Source: an uncultured Planctomycetaceae bacterium
Lineage (GTDB): Bacteria; Planctomycetota; Planctomycetia; Isosphaerales; Isosphaeraceae
NCBI GenBank assembly: GCA_963833985.1
Contig: CAWIAD010000001.1
Coordinates: 480,001-544,000 of the forward strand
Reading direction: 5' to 3'
DNA: 64,000 nucleotides
Shown: positions 31,424 through 42,376 of the stretch, one piece after another
Layout of the letters: each line of letters opens with the position of its first letter
How positions within the stretch are numbered: the first letter of the stretch is position 1
The notes under the pieces: generated by a model
Databases searched by the model: none
Told to the model about the DNA's origin: nothing
What the model saw: only the letters and a program-made list of their open reading frames with translations
Translations under genes and position numbers: made by a program

Positions 31424-31622
31424 GGCTTGTTTCTTCGCTCGCAATTTACCAGTTGCACGTCCATACCGACGCGGCTTCTGTAGCCTGGAATTCCGGGGCA
31501 CGCCCTTCAACCGTGCGGTAGAATTCAAGGACGCGGAGATCTGCGGGACTGAGGATCTGGCTTTCCGGTCCGCGTCCGGGTTCGTGATCTGGCGCGACAT
31601 TTCCCTCGGAAGGACCAATCTC

Positions 31623-32078
31623 ATGCGACGGCAACTGGCACTGGTGGTCTTCGGCGCGTTCCTGTCGCTGGTGGGGGCAGGGCAGGCCCGGGCTCAGTCG
31701 GTCGTGGGCGGGCCGATGACGCCGTCCTACCGGGTGAGCGACTATTTCGCGGCACCCGGTCTGTACGGCACAAGCTACGGATTCGCCAGCTACGGCGTGC
31801 CGCGCACGTTCACCACGTTCTCAGCCTATCCGGGCCCCTCTTACGGGTCGAACCTGCCCGGGTACGGCTTCCTGCCCGGCCGCTATGGCGTTGGCCTCTG
31901 GCGGCCCGGCTTCAGCGCACCGGGCTACGTTTACGGGACCCCGACGTCGTGGAACTCGTTCACCACCTTCCCCGTGGTGTACAGCACGGGGCTGACCGTG
32001 AACCAGATCGCGCCGCCGCCGTCAATTGGTGTCTATGCACCGAGCCTGGGGCCGAGCGCCGGACTGTACAGCCGCTGA
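31623..32078 (+). CDS. Secreted Gly/Tyr/Pro-rich hypothetical protein
   Basis: GGAAGGA RBS; signal peptide ending ARA-Q; low-complexity YG-rich body. Confidence 0.7.
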   Translation: MRRQLALVVFGAFLSLVGAGQARAQSVVGGPMTPSYRVSDYFAAPGLYGTSYGFASYGVPRTFTTFSAYPGPSYGSNLPGYGFLPGRYGVGLWRPGFSAPGYVYGTPTSWNSFTTFPVVYSTGLTVNQIAPPPSIGVYAPSLGPSAGLYSR

Positions 32079-32156
32079 GCTAAGCAGATCCGCAAAAGTC
32101 CTTGGACAGAACTGCCGTTCCCTTGCCCGGGCTGAGAGCCCTGCCTGCCCGCTCTC

Positions 32157-32275
32157 CTCGTGGGGTACGATTCCGATCATGCCATTCCCTTCTCGTGGGG
32201 TACGATTCCAATCGTGCCATTCCTGGTCCATCTGACCGAAGCAGTGATAAGATCCCAATCGTGGCCCACGAGGAG
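32157..32275. repeat. Short palindromic repeat cluster (family C)
   Basis: CTCGTGGGGTACGATTCCRATCRTGCCATTCC at 32157 and 32192, plus a diverged inverted copy near 32245-32272. Confidence 0.65.
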
Positions 32276-32329
32276 CGGACTCCCGGTCATCCAGCATCGC
32301 ATCAAGCTGCTGGATGTCTGTCATTGCTC

Positions 32330-32863
32330 TCAGCCACTCGATGTGGTTCCGGGCGCCGGACTCTCGACGGGCTGACGGCACCAGTAGATCAGATCGGTGG
32401 CGGCCGGCTGTCCGCCCGCGGCGCGGATGAGCGTGGCGATCTGCCCGCGGTGGTACCAGGAATGGCCAAAAAGCTGGGCGAGGATTTCCTCGATGCGGTT
32501 CCGGAACCGGCCCGCGTCGAGGCTCTGGTATTCGAGCACCTGCTGCACCTGTGCGTCGTCCAGCCCTTCCAGGTACTCCGTCCAGTGGGCGCTGACCTGC
32601 TTCCAGTCCGCGGCGACCCGGGTCAGGTCCGCACCCGAATGGTCGGGGAACATGGTGGCCGCCTCCATGGGGATGACGCCCAGCCGGCCCAGCCAGACCT
32701 GCCGTGCCGCCACGAGATGAGCGAGCACGGCAAGAGCCTGGCGATAATCCGCTCCCGCGCGGTTCTGCGACGGGACGCTCTCGAAGCAGGCGATCACCCT
32801 GGCAATGGCGTCCTGCTCGTAGACGAACCAGCGGCGGTACTGCTCGGAAAGCGATGCGCTCAT
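32330..32863 (-). CDS. DinB-family protein
   Basis: LAHLVAARQVWL and LFGHSWYHRGQIA His motifs. Confidence 0.85.
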   Translation of the reverse strand: MSASLSEQYRRWFVYEQDAIARVIACFESVPSQNRAGADYRQALAVLAHLVAARQVWLGRLGVIPMEAATMFPDHSGADLTRVAADWKQVSAHWTEYLEGLDDAQVQQVLEYQSLDAGRFRNRIEEILAQLFGHSWYHRGQIATLIRAAGGQPAATDLIYWCRQPVESPAPGTTSSG

Positions 32864-32893
32864 CTTTCGGCCTCACGACCTGGGTGACGCGGC

Positions 32894-34225
32894 TCAGCGT
32901 GCGATGCACCACGGCTCACGTGCGGCACGGGACCGCAGACGGTTCGCCTCGTCGTCGCCAACAAATTCCTCGCGCACCGGATCGATCGTGAGCTTGCGGC
33001 CCAGGATCCAGGCCAGCGCCGCGGCGTGGCAGGCGATGTGCGAGTGCCGCATGACGCCGGGGTTGGCCGCCGTGAGCTGCCGTGACCGGACGCAGTCGAA
33101 GAAGTTCCGGGCGTGGGCCGAGACGTCCAGCCCGCCCGCCGAGGGGCTGGCCTGCATCGCCTTGAGCTCGCTCCTGAGCGCGGCCGACGAGACCTCGATC
33201 TCGCCGCTGTCGCCAGCTTCCACCCATCCCTCGTCACCGACGAAACGGACCGGGCAGGTGCCAAGGTGCTGGATCCAGCCGGGCCGTTCCGCGAACGGGG
33301 TCTTGAGGAAGTCGAGCACCAGCTTCACGCCGTTGGCGTAGCGGGCGGCCAATCCTGTGGGAGTGGGCTCGTATTCCAGGGGCATCGTCTCGTCGGCCTG
33401 GTTGGCCCACTGGCACAGGTCCACCGTGTGTGCGCCCCAGTCGAGCAGGCGTGCGCCGGAGTCAAAATCGTAGAACCCGCGCCATCCGCCCCAGACGTAA
33501 GCCTTGTTGTAGGGCCGCCAGGGTGCCGGGCCCAGCCAGAGATCCCAGTCAACCTCGTCGCGACCGGGTTCCGGCTCGGCGGGAAGCCAGTCGAAGTTGT
33601 TGCCGGGCGTGTAGACCGAGGCATGGAGCGTGTGCACCTTGCCGAGCTTGCCGGTGTGCGCAAGCTGCACCGCGAGCTGAAAGTTGGTCACGCTGCGGCG
33701 CTGGGTGCCCGCCTGGAAGACGCGGCCGAAGTGGTTCATGGTATCGGCCAGGGCCTGGCAGTCTGCAATGGTCAGTCCGCAGGGTTTCTCGCTGTAGATG
33801 TCCTTGCCCGCCTGGGCGGCCATGATCGAGGCCGGGGCGTGCCAGCGGTCGCCGGTGGCGATCAGCACCGCGTCGATATCGCGGCGGTCGAGCAGTTCTC
33901 GGAGGTCGCGGTAGAGCCGGCAGTCGCTGTTCTTGTAGTGGCCATCGACGAGTTTCTTGCCCGCCTGCCGGCGGCTCGCCTGGACGTCGCAGATGGCCAC
34001 GCACTGGACGTCAGAGAGCTGAAGGATACTCGTCAGATCGTACGTGCACCGCGGCCCGATACCGATGACTCCCAGCGTGATCCGCTCGCTGGCGGCAACA
34101 CCCGTCCGGCCCAGAGCGCGGGCCGGAACGATATGCGGCACGCCGAAGGCCGCAGTGGCTGCCAGCGACCCGGTCAGGACCTCACGCCGCGTCATCACGC
34201 ACGGACGATTCTTCGCGCCGCCCAT
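32894..34225 (-). CDS. Gfo/Idh/MocA-family oxidoreductase with Tat signal
   Basis: TRREVL, GVIGIG, DIYSEKP, FQAGTQRRS, WDLWLGPAP and DWGAH motifs. Confidence 0.9.
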   Translation of the reverse strand: MGGAKNRPCVMTRREVLTGSLAATAAFGVPHIVPARALGRTGVAASERITLGVIGIGPRCTYDLTSILQLSDVQCVAICDVQASRRQAGKKLVDGHYKNSDCRLYRDLRELLDRRDIDAVLIATGDRWHAPASIMAAQAGKDIYSEKPCGLTIADCQALADTMNHFGRVFQAGTQRRSVTNFQLAVQLAHTGKLGKVHTLHASVYTPGNNFDWLPAEPEPGRDEVDWDLWLGPAPWRPYNKAYVWGGWRGFYDFDSGARLLDWGAHTVDLCQWANQADETMPLEYEPTPTGLAARYANGVKLVLDFLKTPFAERPGWIQHLGTCPVRFVGDEGWVEAGDSGEIEVSSAALRSELKAMQASPSAGGLDVSAHARNFFDCVRSRQLTAANPGVMRHSHIACHAAALAWILGRKLTIDPVREEFVGDDEANRLRSRAAREPWCIAR

Positions 34226-34333
34226 GTGCTGCTCCTCCCGGATGTCCGTCGTGGCGGAACTCTCCGCGCACGCCTTCGGCGGCGCATCAGACCGCCAGGC
34301 TTTCGCTATTCTGCCAGAGCCGTTCGGCCCGGT

Positions 34334-36209
34334 TCAATCACTATCCGCCCGCCGGCTCACGGTCCGTACCCCGATGCGAGTGGCGAAGCGAACCTTCTGG
34401 GCGGTGCTCAGGCCGTTGATGTAATGCGAGCGCAAGGCGCTGAGCCACCGGATCTCGCGGCCCTCGTAGCTCACGATGACGTGGGTGAGGATCGGGCCGG
34501 CCAGTCCCATGGTGCGCTGGATGCCGGGCTGCACGTCGGCATTGCAGGCAATCTGGTTGTACCCCAGGCCAACGCCCTGCGCGAATGCCGGGTAGTTGAT
34601 GCGGGCAATCTCCGTGGCCGTGGTGCGCCGGAAGACTGGCTCCTGGAGCATCTGCATGTAATGATACGCACCATCGTCGAGGACGAAGAACTTCACCGGT
34701 AACCCGGCGCGGGCGGCCGAGGACATCTCCATCGCGCTCATGAGGAAGCAGCCATCTCCGGTAACGCAGGCGACCTGGCGATCGGGACGGACGAGCTGCG
34801 CCGCCCACGGCCGCCGGGATCGCCCAGCCCATGCTCTGGTTATTGGCCGGAGTGAAGAAGCGGCGCGGGCCCTGGACCTCGATGGCCTCGGCCGCCCAGT
34901 GGGTGGACGCGGTCACGTCCACGAAGATCAGCTCCTCGGGCCCCAGCGCGGCCCGGAGCTGCGACAGGAAGTACATGGGGTCGACACACGGATCGATGCG
35001 CACCGTCTGGGCCTCGCAGCGGTCTACCTGCCGCAGGTGCTGGATCTTCTGCCAGAGCGGCGGACAGGGCGTGCGGCGAATGGATGCAGCTTCAGCCAGA
35101 AGCCGGTCCAGGAACACCCGCGAATCGGTGCAGAGGCAGACGTGCGCGGGGACGTTGCGGCCCAGGTTCCGCGGATTGGCGTCCACGTGGATGAGCGTGC
35201 CTACCTTCGGGATGGCGTAGTTCGCGGTGGAGACTTCGCTGTAGCGCACACCGATGGCCAGTACCAGGTCCACGTCCTTGAATGCGGTCTCGGCCGCGCG
35301 CGTTCCCTGCTTGCCATAGCCCCAGCCCACCGCCAGCGGGTGCGCGTCCGGAATGCAGCCCTTGCCGCTGACCGAGGTGGCCACGGGCGCCTGGAGCATC
35401 TCGGCGACGGCCGTGAGCGATGGACCGGCCTCGGCACAGCCAAGCCCGGCATAGATGCCCACGCGCCGGCTCCGGTCCTGCAAGTGGCAGACGATGCTGC
35501 GATAGGCGGCCTCGTCGAAGGGGATGGGGTAGGGCGGCGGCGCCGGCTGGTCGTAGTCCCAGACTTCGAGAAAGAGCGGGAAGGGGATCAGGACGGCCGT
35601 CGGCCCGGGTTCGCCGGCCCTGGCAATCCGGAACGCCTCGAAGACGGCGCCGGGAATCTCGGCCTGGTGCCGCACCGTGAGCACCGCCTTGTTCAGCGGA
35701 CGCAAGAGAGCCTCGTTGGGCAGCCCGTGGACCTGGCCGATCGGCGCACCGGGCCTGCGGTCCACGTCGGTGACCAGGCCCACGATCGGCACGCTGTCGT
35801 AGAGTGCCTCGCCAATGCCGCTCATGGCGTTGGTGAGCCCCGGACCGGGCACGACGCTGTAGACGCCCACCTCGCCGCTCACGCGGGCCGACGCGTCGGC
35901 CATGATGCTCGCCGAAAACTCGTTGGCCACCAGAAAATAGGGCTGGCCATAGGCCTTGAAGGCGTCCCACAGCTCGTTGTTCTGCGCCGCCGGAACCCCG
36001 AAGACGCAGCGCACCTGCTCGCACCGCAGGGCGGCTGCCGCGGCCTGGGCGCCGGTCATGCGGCCGTGAACGCCTTGCCGGCGGGCGTAGCGGCCGTACT
36101 CGACATGGCTGGCAAGGGCTGGCGATGACGTCGCGGTTGCCGCGGCCGCGGCAGCCCCGATCACCCCCAGAGCTCCCAGCGCCTCGCGGCGGTTGACCAC
36201 GGGTGTCAC
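34334..36209 (-). CDS. Thiamine-pyrophosphate-binding enzyme, acetolactate-synthase-like (frameshift near 34803)
   Basis: VFGVP, NEFSASIMAD, PGPGLTN, SMGWAIPAA, and TGDGCFLM after the shift. Confidence 0.85.
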
Positions 36210-36379
36210 GTTCGGCGTCCCTCCTGGCTCTTCCGCGCGCCGGTCCTCTCCCAGGCCGGCCGGCGATCCCGTCCATGAGCATGGAACGATCGATCGTCCA
36301 TGGTCCTCCTATCGGCATCGCCGGCGGCCCAGCTTGGCAGGCAGCGTGACAATCAAGCCGCGGCTGCGGACGATCCGGT

Positions 36380-37234
36380 TTATTCGCTGCAATCGTTCGC
36401 CCGGGGAGACATCGCAGCGCCGCGATCCTCCAGCAGCAGGGCGACGACCTCCGGACGGAAGAGCGCCGGGTCGTCGCGGAGCTGGCGAATGCACTCGAGC
36501 ACGATCGGCCCCTGGTAACCAATGCCGTCGAGAGTCTGTGCCCAGGCGGACCAGTCGATCGTTCCCAGCCCGGGCGCGTCATGTCCGTCCTTGCGGCCGT
36601 CATTGTCGTGCACGTGGGTCGTCGCCAGTCTTGGCCCGGCGGCGCGGGTCTCCGCGGAGAGTTCCGCGGAGATATGGGCGTGGCCAGTATCGAGGGCCAG
36701 GGCCAGCCCCGGCGTGTCCAGCTCCTCCAGCAGCTCGAAGAGCTCGACCATCCGGCTGCCGGGATAGACTCCAGGCGGCATGTTCTCCACGCACACGAGA
36801 ATGCCCGTTCCCCCGGCATGGTCGGCCAGCTCGCCGAGCCCGCGCGCCAGGCTGGCACGGCGGGCCGGGCAGTCTTCCGGCACGGAGAGTCCGCCGGGAT
36901 GGACCACCAGGTGCGTGCCTCCGGCCTGCTCCAGCCAGTCGATGCATCGCTTCAAATCATCGACCGAGGCACGGAAGGAGGCGGCGTCGGTGTCTCCCAG
37001 GTCGACGCGGGCCGCCCGGATCGCCCTCGCCCCCCAACATCCGTGGGCGCTGCGGACCGTGAGTCCGCGATCCACCGCAGCGCTTCGCACCAGGGCCGGG
37101 TCGGGCAGCGTCCGCCAGTCCGGCAGGATCTCCAGGACCTCAGCGCCCAGCCGCAGGGCGAGGTCGAGCTCGTCCTCCAGGCCGATGCCGGGGTAGCCGT
37201 AGGTGATCATGGTACCCAGGAGCCGTCGCGACAC
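36380..37234 (-). CDS. Sugar phosphate isomerase/epimerase (TIM barrel)
   Basis: VVHPG, VENMP, LDTGHAH, HVHDNDG and IVLE motifs. Confidence 0.85.
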   Translation of the reverse strand: MSRRLLGTMITYGYPGIGLEDELDLALRLGAEVLEILPDWRTLPDPALVRSAAVDRGLTVRSAHGCWGARAIRAARVDLGDTDAASFRASVDDLKRCIDWLEQAGGTHLVVHPGGLSVPEDCPARRASLARGLGELADHAGGTGILVCVENMPPGVYPGSRMVELFELLEELDTPGLALALDTGHAHISAELSAETRAAGPRLATTHVHDNDGRKDGHDAPGLGTIDWSAWAQTLDGIGYQGPIVLECIRQLRDDPALFRPEVVALLLEDRGAAMSPRANDCSE

Positions 37235-37491
37235 GCTTCACATCCTGAAATCGCCCGGGCTTGCGTCGCGGCCACGCGTCGACCCCTGTAAGCCCTTGTC
37301 GAACCCGCTGCCGGAGGTCATGATAGCAGCAAATTGCCGGCGGAACACCGCTGCCGGCCGGGACGGCTGTGCGACGGCCATTGATCGAATCCGACCACAC
37401 CGCGCTCTCGGGCATCCCAGCAAACCGCACCCGTCGAGCCATGATGGGCGGTAGCCTCTTATTGCTGGCGATCAGAAAGGATGATTCGCGC

Positions 37492-37992
37492 ATGCCGCCT
37501 ATAGCCCTGGTCGACCCTGCAACGATCGACACCTCGCGTGTCCTCGTCGACTGGGAAGGAATCTACCGTGACATCCCCCAGCGATTCGAGATGGCACAGC
37601 TGACTGCAATCGTGTTCATGGACCCGAAGCACAAGCTGATCATCGGGTACAAGGACGTGGCGGCCGACGAGTTCTGGGTGCGCGGGCACATGCCCGATTA
37701 CCCGCTCATGCCAGGCGTTCTCATCTGCGAGGCGGCCGCTCAGCTCGCCAGCTATTACTGCAAGGTCAACGGGCTGAGTGACAACGGCTTCGTGGGCTTC
37801 GGCGGCATGGAGGATGTACGGTTCCGCGGCCAGGTGCGGCCCGGCGACCGGCTCGTGCTGGTGAGCCAGGCGGTGCGGCTCCATCGCCGCCACTCGATGT
37901 TCGAGGTTCAGGGCTTCGTCGAGGCGAACATGGTCTTCCATGGCAAGATCATCGGCGTGACCATCTCGACTCCGGCGGAAAGCCCGGGATAA
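37492..37992 (+). CDS. fabZ: 3-hydroxyacyl-ACP dehydratase, FabZ/FabA family
   Basis: GHMPDYPLMPGVLICEAAAQ and VRFRGQVRPGD motifs. Confidence 0.8.
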   Translation: MPPIALVDPATIDTSRVLVDWEGIYRDIPQRFEMAQLTAIVFMDPKHKLIIGYKDVAADEFWVRGHMPDYPLMPGVLICEAAAQLASYYCKVNGLSDNGFVGFGGMEDVRFRGQVRPGDRLVLVSQAVRLHRRHSMFEVQGFVEANMVFHGKIIGVTISTPAESPG

Positions 37993-37997
37993 GCCTC

Positions 37998-38651
37998 ATG
38001 ACTCGCGCACGCACGGATCTTGACGTTTCCGGGTGCCTGCTCGACCCGGAGCAGCACCCGGCTCCGCAACCGCTGAACTGGGCTGAGCTTTTTGGTGACG
38101 CGCGTCCGGTCGAGATCGAGGTCGGTTCGGGCAAGGGTCTGTTCCTGGCCAGCGCGGCAAGCCGGAACCCCGAGCGCAGCTACCTGGGCATCGAACTCGC
38201 ACGGAAGTATGCCCGGCTCGCCGCCGAACGCCTGGTCAAGCGCGGCATCGGTAATGTCCGCGTCTGGCCCGGTGATGCCCGCGCCTTGCTGGCCACGCGC
38301 ATACCCGCTTCCAGCGTCCGGGCCGTCCACGTTTACTTTCCGGATCCGTGGTGGAAGAAGCGGCACAAGAAGCGCAGGGTGTTCACCGGCGCGCTCGTGG
38401 ACTCCGTGGTCCGCGTGCTCGAGCCCGGCGGCACGCTCCATGTCGCCACCGACGTCGAAGAGTATTTTCATGTGATCAGGGAACTGGTCGCGGCCCGCCC
38501 CGAACTGAGCGAGCAGCCTGCTCCCCCGGTCCGGGAGCCCGAGCACGACCTGGATTATCTCACGAACTTCGAGCGCAAGTTCCGGATCGAGGGGCGAGCG
38601 ATCCATCGCGCGTGGTATGTTCTGAGCCAGCACAGGGACGCATCCGCCTGA
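37998..38651 (+). CDS. trmB: tRNA (guanine-N7)-methyltransferase
   Basis: EVGSGKG, YFPDPWWKKRHKKRR, ATDVEEY and TNFERK motifs. Confidence 0.93.
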   Translation: MTRARTDLDVSGCLLDPEQHPAPQPLNWAELFGDARPVEIEVGSGKGLFLASAASRNPERSYLGIELARKYARLAAERLVKRGIGNVRVWPGDARALLATRIPASSVRAVHVYFPDPWWKKRHKKRRVFTGALVDSVVRVLEPGGTLHVATDVEEYFHVIRELVAARPELSEQPAPPVREPEHDLDYLTNFERKFRIEGRAIHRAWYVLSQHRDASA

Positions 38652-38692
38652 CGTCCGGCTCGGGCGGCTTCGGCTTTTCTGGCGTGCCAGGC

Positions 38693-40285
38693 TCAGTACG
38701 CGGCCACGCGCTCGTAGGCGCGAGTGGTTTTGGGGTCGCAGCCGTCGGCCAGTGACGAGGTCGCCCCGATCGAGTAGAGCTGCTGGCCCGTGTCCGTGGG
38801 GTACTTGCCGGTGATGCAGGCACGGCAGAGGCGATCCGGAGAGAGGGTCACGGCGCGCGCGATGGCGTCGACGGGAAGATAGCGCAGGCTGTCGGCACCA
38901 AGCTCGCGGGCCATCTTCTGCTGGGCCTCCGGCGAAACGCCCCCGCCCGGCAAATCGACGAACCGCGTGGCGAAGAGCTCATCCATGCTGGACATGTCGA
39001 TGCCGTAGTAACAGGGGGCGATGATCGGCGGGCAGGCCACGCGGAGGTGAATCTCACGCGCGCCTCCGCGGTCGCGGATCTCGTGCACGAGGGCCCGCAT
39101 CGTGGTGGAGCGGACGATGCTGTCCTCGACCAGCAGGACGCGCTTGCCGCTGAGGACTTCCGGCAGGGGCGTGTACTTGAGCCGGGCCTTGGCGGCGCGG
39201 TCGGCGGTTCCCTCGATGAAGGTCCTGCCCACGTAGCGGTTGCGCATCAGGCCTTCGACGGAAGGCACCTTGAGGGCGAAGGCCATGGCGTCGGCCGCGG
39301 CCTTGGCGGTGTCCGGCACGGGCACGACGATGGTGTCGGCATCCTGCGGCACCGTCTCCAGACGGGCCAGCTCCTTGCCCAGCTCGGACCGGCTCAGGTA
39401 GACGGAGCGGTCATCGAGCGTGCTGGCGACGTTGGCGAAGTAGATCCACTCGAAGAAGCAGTGCGCCTGCCGCGGCGAGGGCGCGTAGCGCTCGATGTGC
39501 ACGCCCTTCTCGCTGGCGGTCACCAGAGTGCCGGGCTCGAGCGAGCGAATGTTCTTGAAACCCAGGTTCGCCAGGGGAACACTCTCGCTGGCGGCACCGA
39601 AGAGCGGCCCGTGCTCGGCAATGCAAATCGGCCGGAAGCCCAGCGGGTCGCGGGCCACCACCACCTCTCCATAGGCGGTGATGATCACGATGTTGTACGC
39701 ACCGTCAAACTTTTCGGCCAGCCGCCCGAAGATGCCCACCCAGTCGGGCTGCTTGTCCTCGCTTTGCAGCTCGTAGGCCAGCGAGTGCATGATGATCTCG
39801 GTGTCGGTGTCACGCTTCAGGTGGTAGTCGCCCTTCGACAGCAGCTCGTCTTTCAACTCGCTGTAATTCGCGAGCTGACCATTGAAGGCAAAGGCGAACC
39901 ACTTGGTCTTGCGTCCATGGTCACGCTCGAATGGCTGGGCGTTGTAGCGATCATCGGCGCCGCAGGTGGCGTAGCGCACATGGCCGATCGCCGCAGGACC
40001 GTCCATGCCCTGCATGATTGTCTCGAATTCCGCGCGGTGGTTGAGCCGGAACGCCTCGGCCACCGTGCCGAGCTCCTTGTGCACGCGGATGATCGCGTTG
40101 CGGTCGTGCCGGTAGCTGGCCATGCCCGCGGCCAGTTGCCCGCGGTTCTGCATGTCCAGCAGCATGCGCGGTACCAGACGCGACACGCTATTGACGTCGC
40201 CGGCAATGGGCGCCAGCCTGGAGACAGGACTACCCTGAGCGTGGAACACGGCCGCAACGCCGCATTCGTGGTGAAGTTCACCCAT
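38693..40285 (-). CDS. purF: Amidophosphoribosyltransferase
   Basis: [31 protein letters not shown] and PCYYGIDM motifs. Confidence 0.95.
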   Translation of the reverse strand: MGELHHECGVAAVFHAQGSPVSRLAPIAGDVNSVSRLVPRMLLDMQNRGQLAAGMASYRHDRNAIIRVHKELGTVAEAFRLNHRAEFETIMQGMDGPAAIGHVRYATCGADDRYNAQPFERDHGRKTKWFAFAFNGQLANYSELKDELLSKGDYHLKRDTDTEIIMHSLAYELQSEDKQPDWVGIFGRLAEKFDGAYNIVIITAYGEVVVARDPLGFRPICIAEHGPLFGAASESVPLANLGFKNIRSLEPGTLVTASEKGVHIERYAPSPRQAHCFFEWIYFANVASTLDDRSVYLSRSELGKELARLETVPQDADTIVVPVPDTAKAAADAMAFALKVPSVEGLMRNRYVGRTFIEGTADRAAKARLKYTPLPEVLSGKRVLLVEDSIVRSTTMRALVHEIRDRGGAREIHLRVACPPIIAPCYYGIDMSSMDELFATRFVDLPGGGVSPEAQQKMARELGADSLRYLPVDAIARAVTLSPDRLCRACITGKYPTDTGQQLYSIGATSSLADGCDPKTTRAYERVAAY

Positions 40286-40662
40286 CGTCCGGGGATCCCC
40301 TGCGTTGGCCCCCGCACAGGCCGGGGAGGTGATGAGGACAGACGCCCTGAAGGCCGAGAGTCGAGTTCCTCTAGGCCACCCCGCGTAGAGAATTATAATG
40401 TCGACCTGATCTACCTACAACCTTCATGGTTTCATCGAACCAGGATTTTTTGAAAAGCGTATTGTCACGAGATCACTAAAGCGTGCGTTGACGTAGATTT
40501 AGAGCGCTGTGTCGATCTGCCGCAGCGTACGCCCGTTCCCCCCGAGGCGAACCTTTGAACAGTCGATCGGATGTCCGTCCCGCGGCCGGCATCGGTCCGC
40601 ACACCGCTCCCACACCCGGGGCTCCCCCCGCGGCGGAGGCGCCGTCCGCCGCCACGGCCGCC

Positions 40663-41801
40663 ATGCTGCGCGACCTGGTCCGAGACGAGGTTGTGCTCTC
40701 CGCCGGCATCTGGGTGGTGAAGGTGGGCACCAGCGTGCTGGCCGGCGGCGACGGGACGCTCGACCCTGCCAGAATCCACCACCTGGCCGAGCAGATCAGC
40801 GCGGTCATGGATTCCGGCCGCAAGGTGGCCCTGGTGAGCTCCGGCGCCGTGGGAGCCGGCATGGGACAGCTCAACCTCAAGCGCCGGCCGGACAACTTAC
40901 GCCAGCTTCAGGCCGCGGCCGCCGTCGGCCAATCCTACCTCATCCGCGCCTATGACGAAGGCCTGCGCCGCCACGGTCGACATGCCGCCCAGCTCTTGCT
41001 CACCCACGAGGACTTTGACAGCCGCCCGCGCTACCTCAACATGCGCAACACCTTGCACGCACTGTTTGAATACAATGCGGTGCCGGTGATCAACGAGAAC
41101 GACACCATCAGCGTCGACGAGATCAAGTTCGGCGACAACGACCGCCTGGCCGCCATGGTCACCAACCTGCTCCAGGCGCCGTTGCTGGTCATTCTCAGCG
41201 TGGTGGACGGCCTCTACCGCAACGACCCGTCCACCGGGACACGCACCGCGCTGGTTTCGCTGGTGCCCCAGATCGACGACTCGATCCTGAACCTGGCCGA
41301 TTCCAGCCGCAGCACCCTGGGGACCGGCGGCATGCACAGCAAGCTGGCGTCGGCACGGCTGGTCACGCAGGCCGGCGGCTCCGTGATCATCGCCTCGGGC
41401 AAGAGCCAGGCACCGCTCTCGCGTATCCTCGCGGGCGAGCCGGTCGGCACGCTGTTCCTGGCCCACGGCCAGACGCACCGCGCGGCAAGCGCTGGATCGG
41501 TCTGGCGGCGCGCCTGCGCGGCCACTTCGTGGTGGACCCGGGCGCACGCCTGGCCGTCGAGAGCGGCAGCAAGAGCTTGCTGGCGATCGGGATCGTCGAG
41601 GTCGTCGGCGAGTTCGACAAGGGCGACGTCGTCGCCATCCGCGACACCGCGGGATGCGAGTTCGCCCGGGGACTGACCAATTACGCCACCGCCGACGCCA
41701 GGTTGATCCGCGGCCTGCACACCGAAGAAGCCCGCGCCGCGCTCGGCTCGGCACTCGATGACGAGGTGATCCACCGCGACAACCTGGTTCTCATCCTCTG
41801 A
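40663..41801 (+). CDS. proB: Glutamate 5-kinase with PUA domain (frameshift near 41483)
   Basis: VVKVGTS, INEND, FGDNDRL and GTGGMHSK; PUA part SLLAIGI...IHRDNLV in the second frame. Confidence 0.92.
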
Positions 41802-41830
41802 TGAGAGCGGTCTTCGCTCGGACCGCAGAC

Positions 41831-42043
41831 TGAGACCGGGGGGCAGGCATTCCTGCCTGCCGGACCAGGCCAGCCCTGGCAGGCAGGAATGTCGGCAGAC
41901 AGGAAGGTCTGCCCCCCCTTTCCAAGTAACTGAGAAACTGCCTGCAACCCGTCAGCAAACTGCCATGGCCGCCAGCCTGTCCAGAGAGGCGGGATGACTG
42001 CGTTTGACCTGGATTGAGACCGGGGGCAGGCATTCCTGCCTGC
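41831..42043. repeat. REP-like palindromes (family B): doublet plus single copy
   Basis: TGAGACCGGGGG(G)CAGGCATTCCTGCCTGC at 41831 and 42015; matches 21176-21273. Confidence 0.8.
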
Positions 42044-42376
42044 CGAAGCAGGCCTGCGCTGGCCGCCAGCTTGTCCAGAGAGGCAAGCCGGTTGCGTGGA
42101 AACCCGGTCCGGGCGGTTGTCCCAGGCAACGCCATGGCGGCCCGGACCGCGAGATCGAGAATTCCGTTCCATCGCATTGCGCCTGGCATTCGCGAGCGCT
42201 CTCGTGTTAAACTCTTTCCTGGAACGCCCCCGCCCGGTCTGGCCGTCCCCGTGAGGCCGACGAGCGGTGCCGCCAGCAAGGGTTCCGGCCTCGGGACTGG
42301 CCGTCGCAACCCGCGTCTCCATCCTGGCTCGCCGTCTCCGGCGAATTGACTGCGCCCCATCGGTTTGGTTCCTTCC

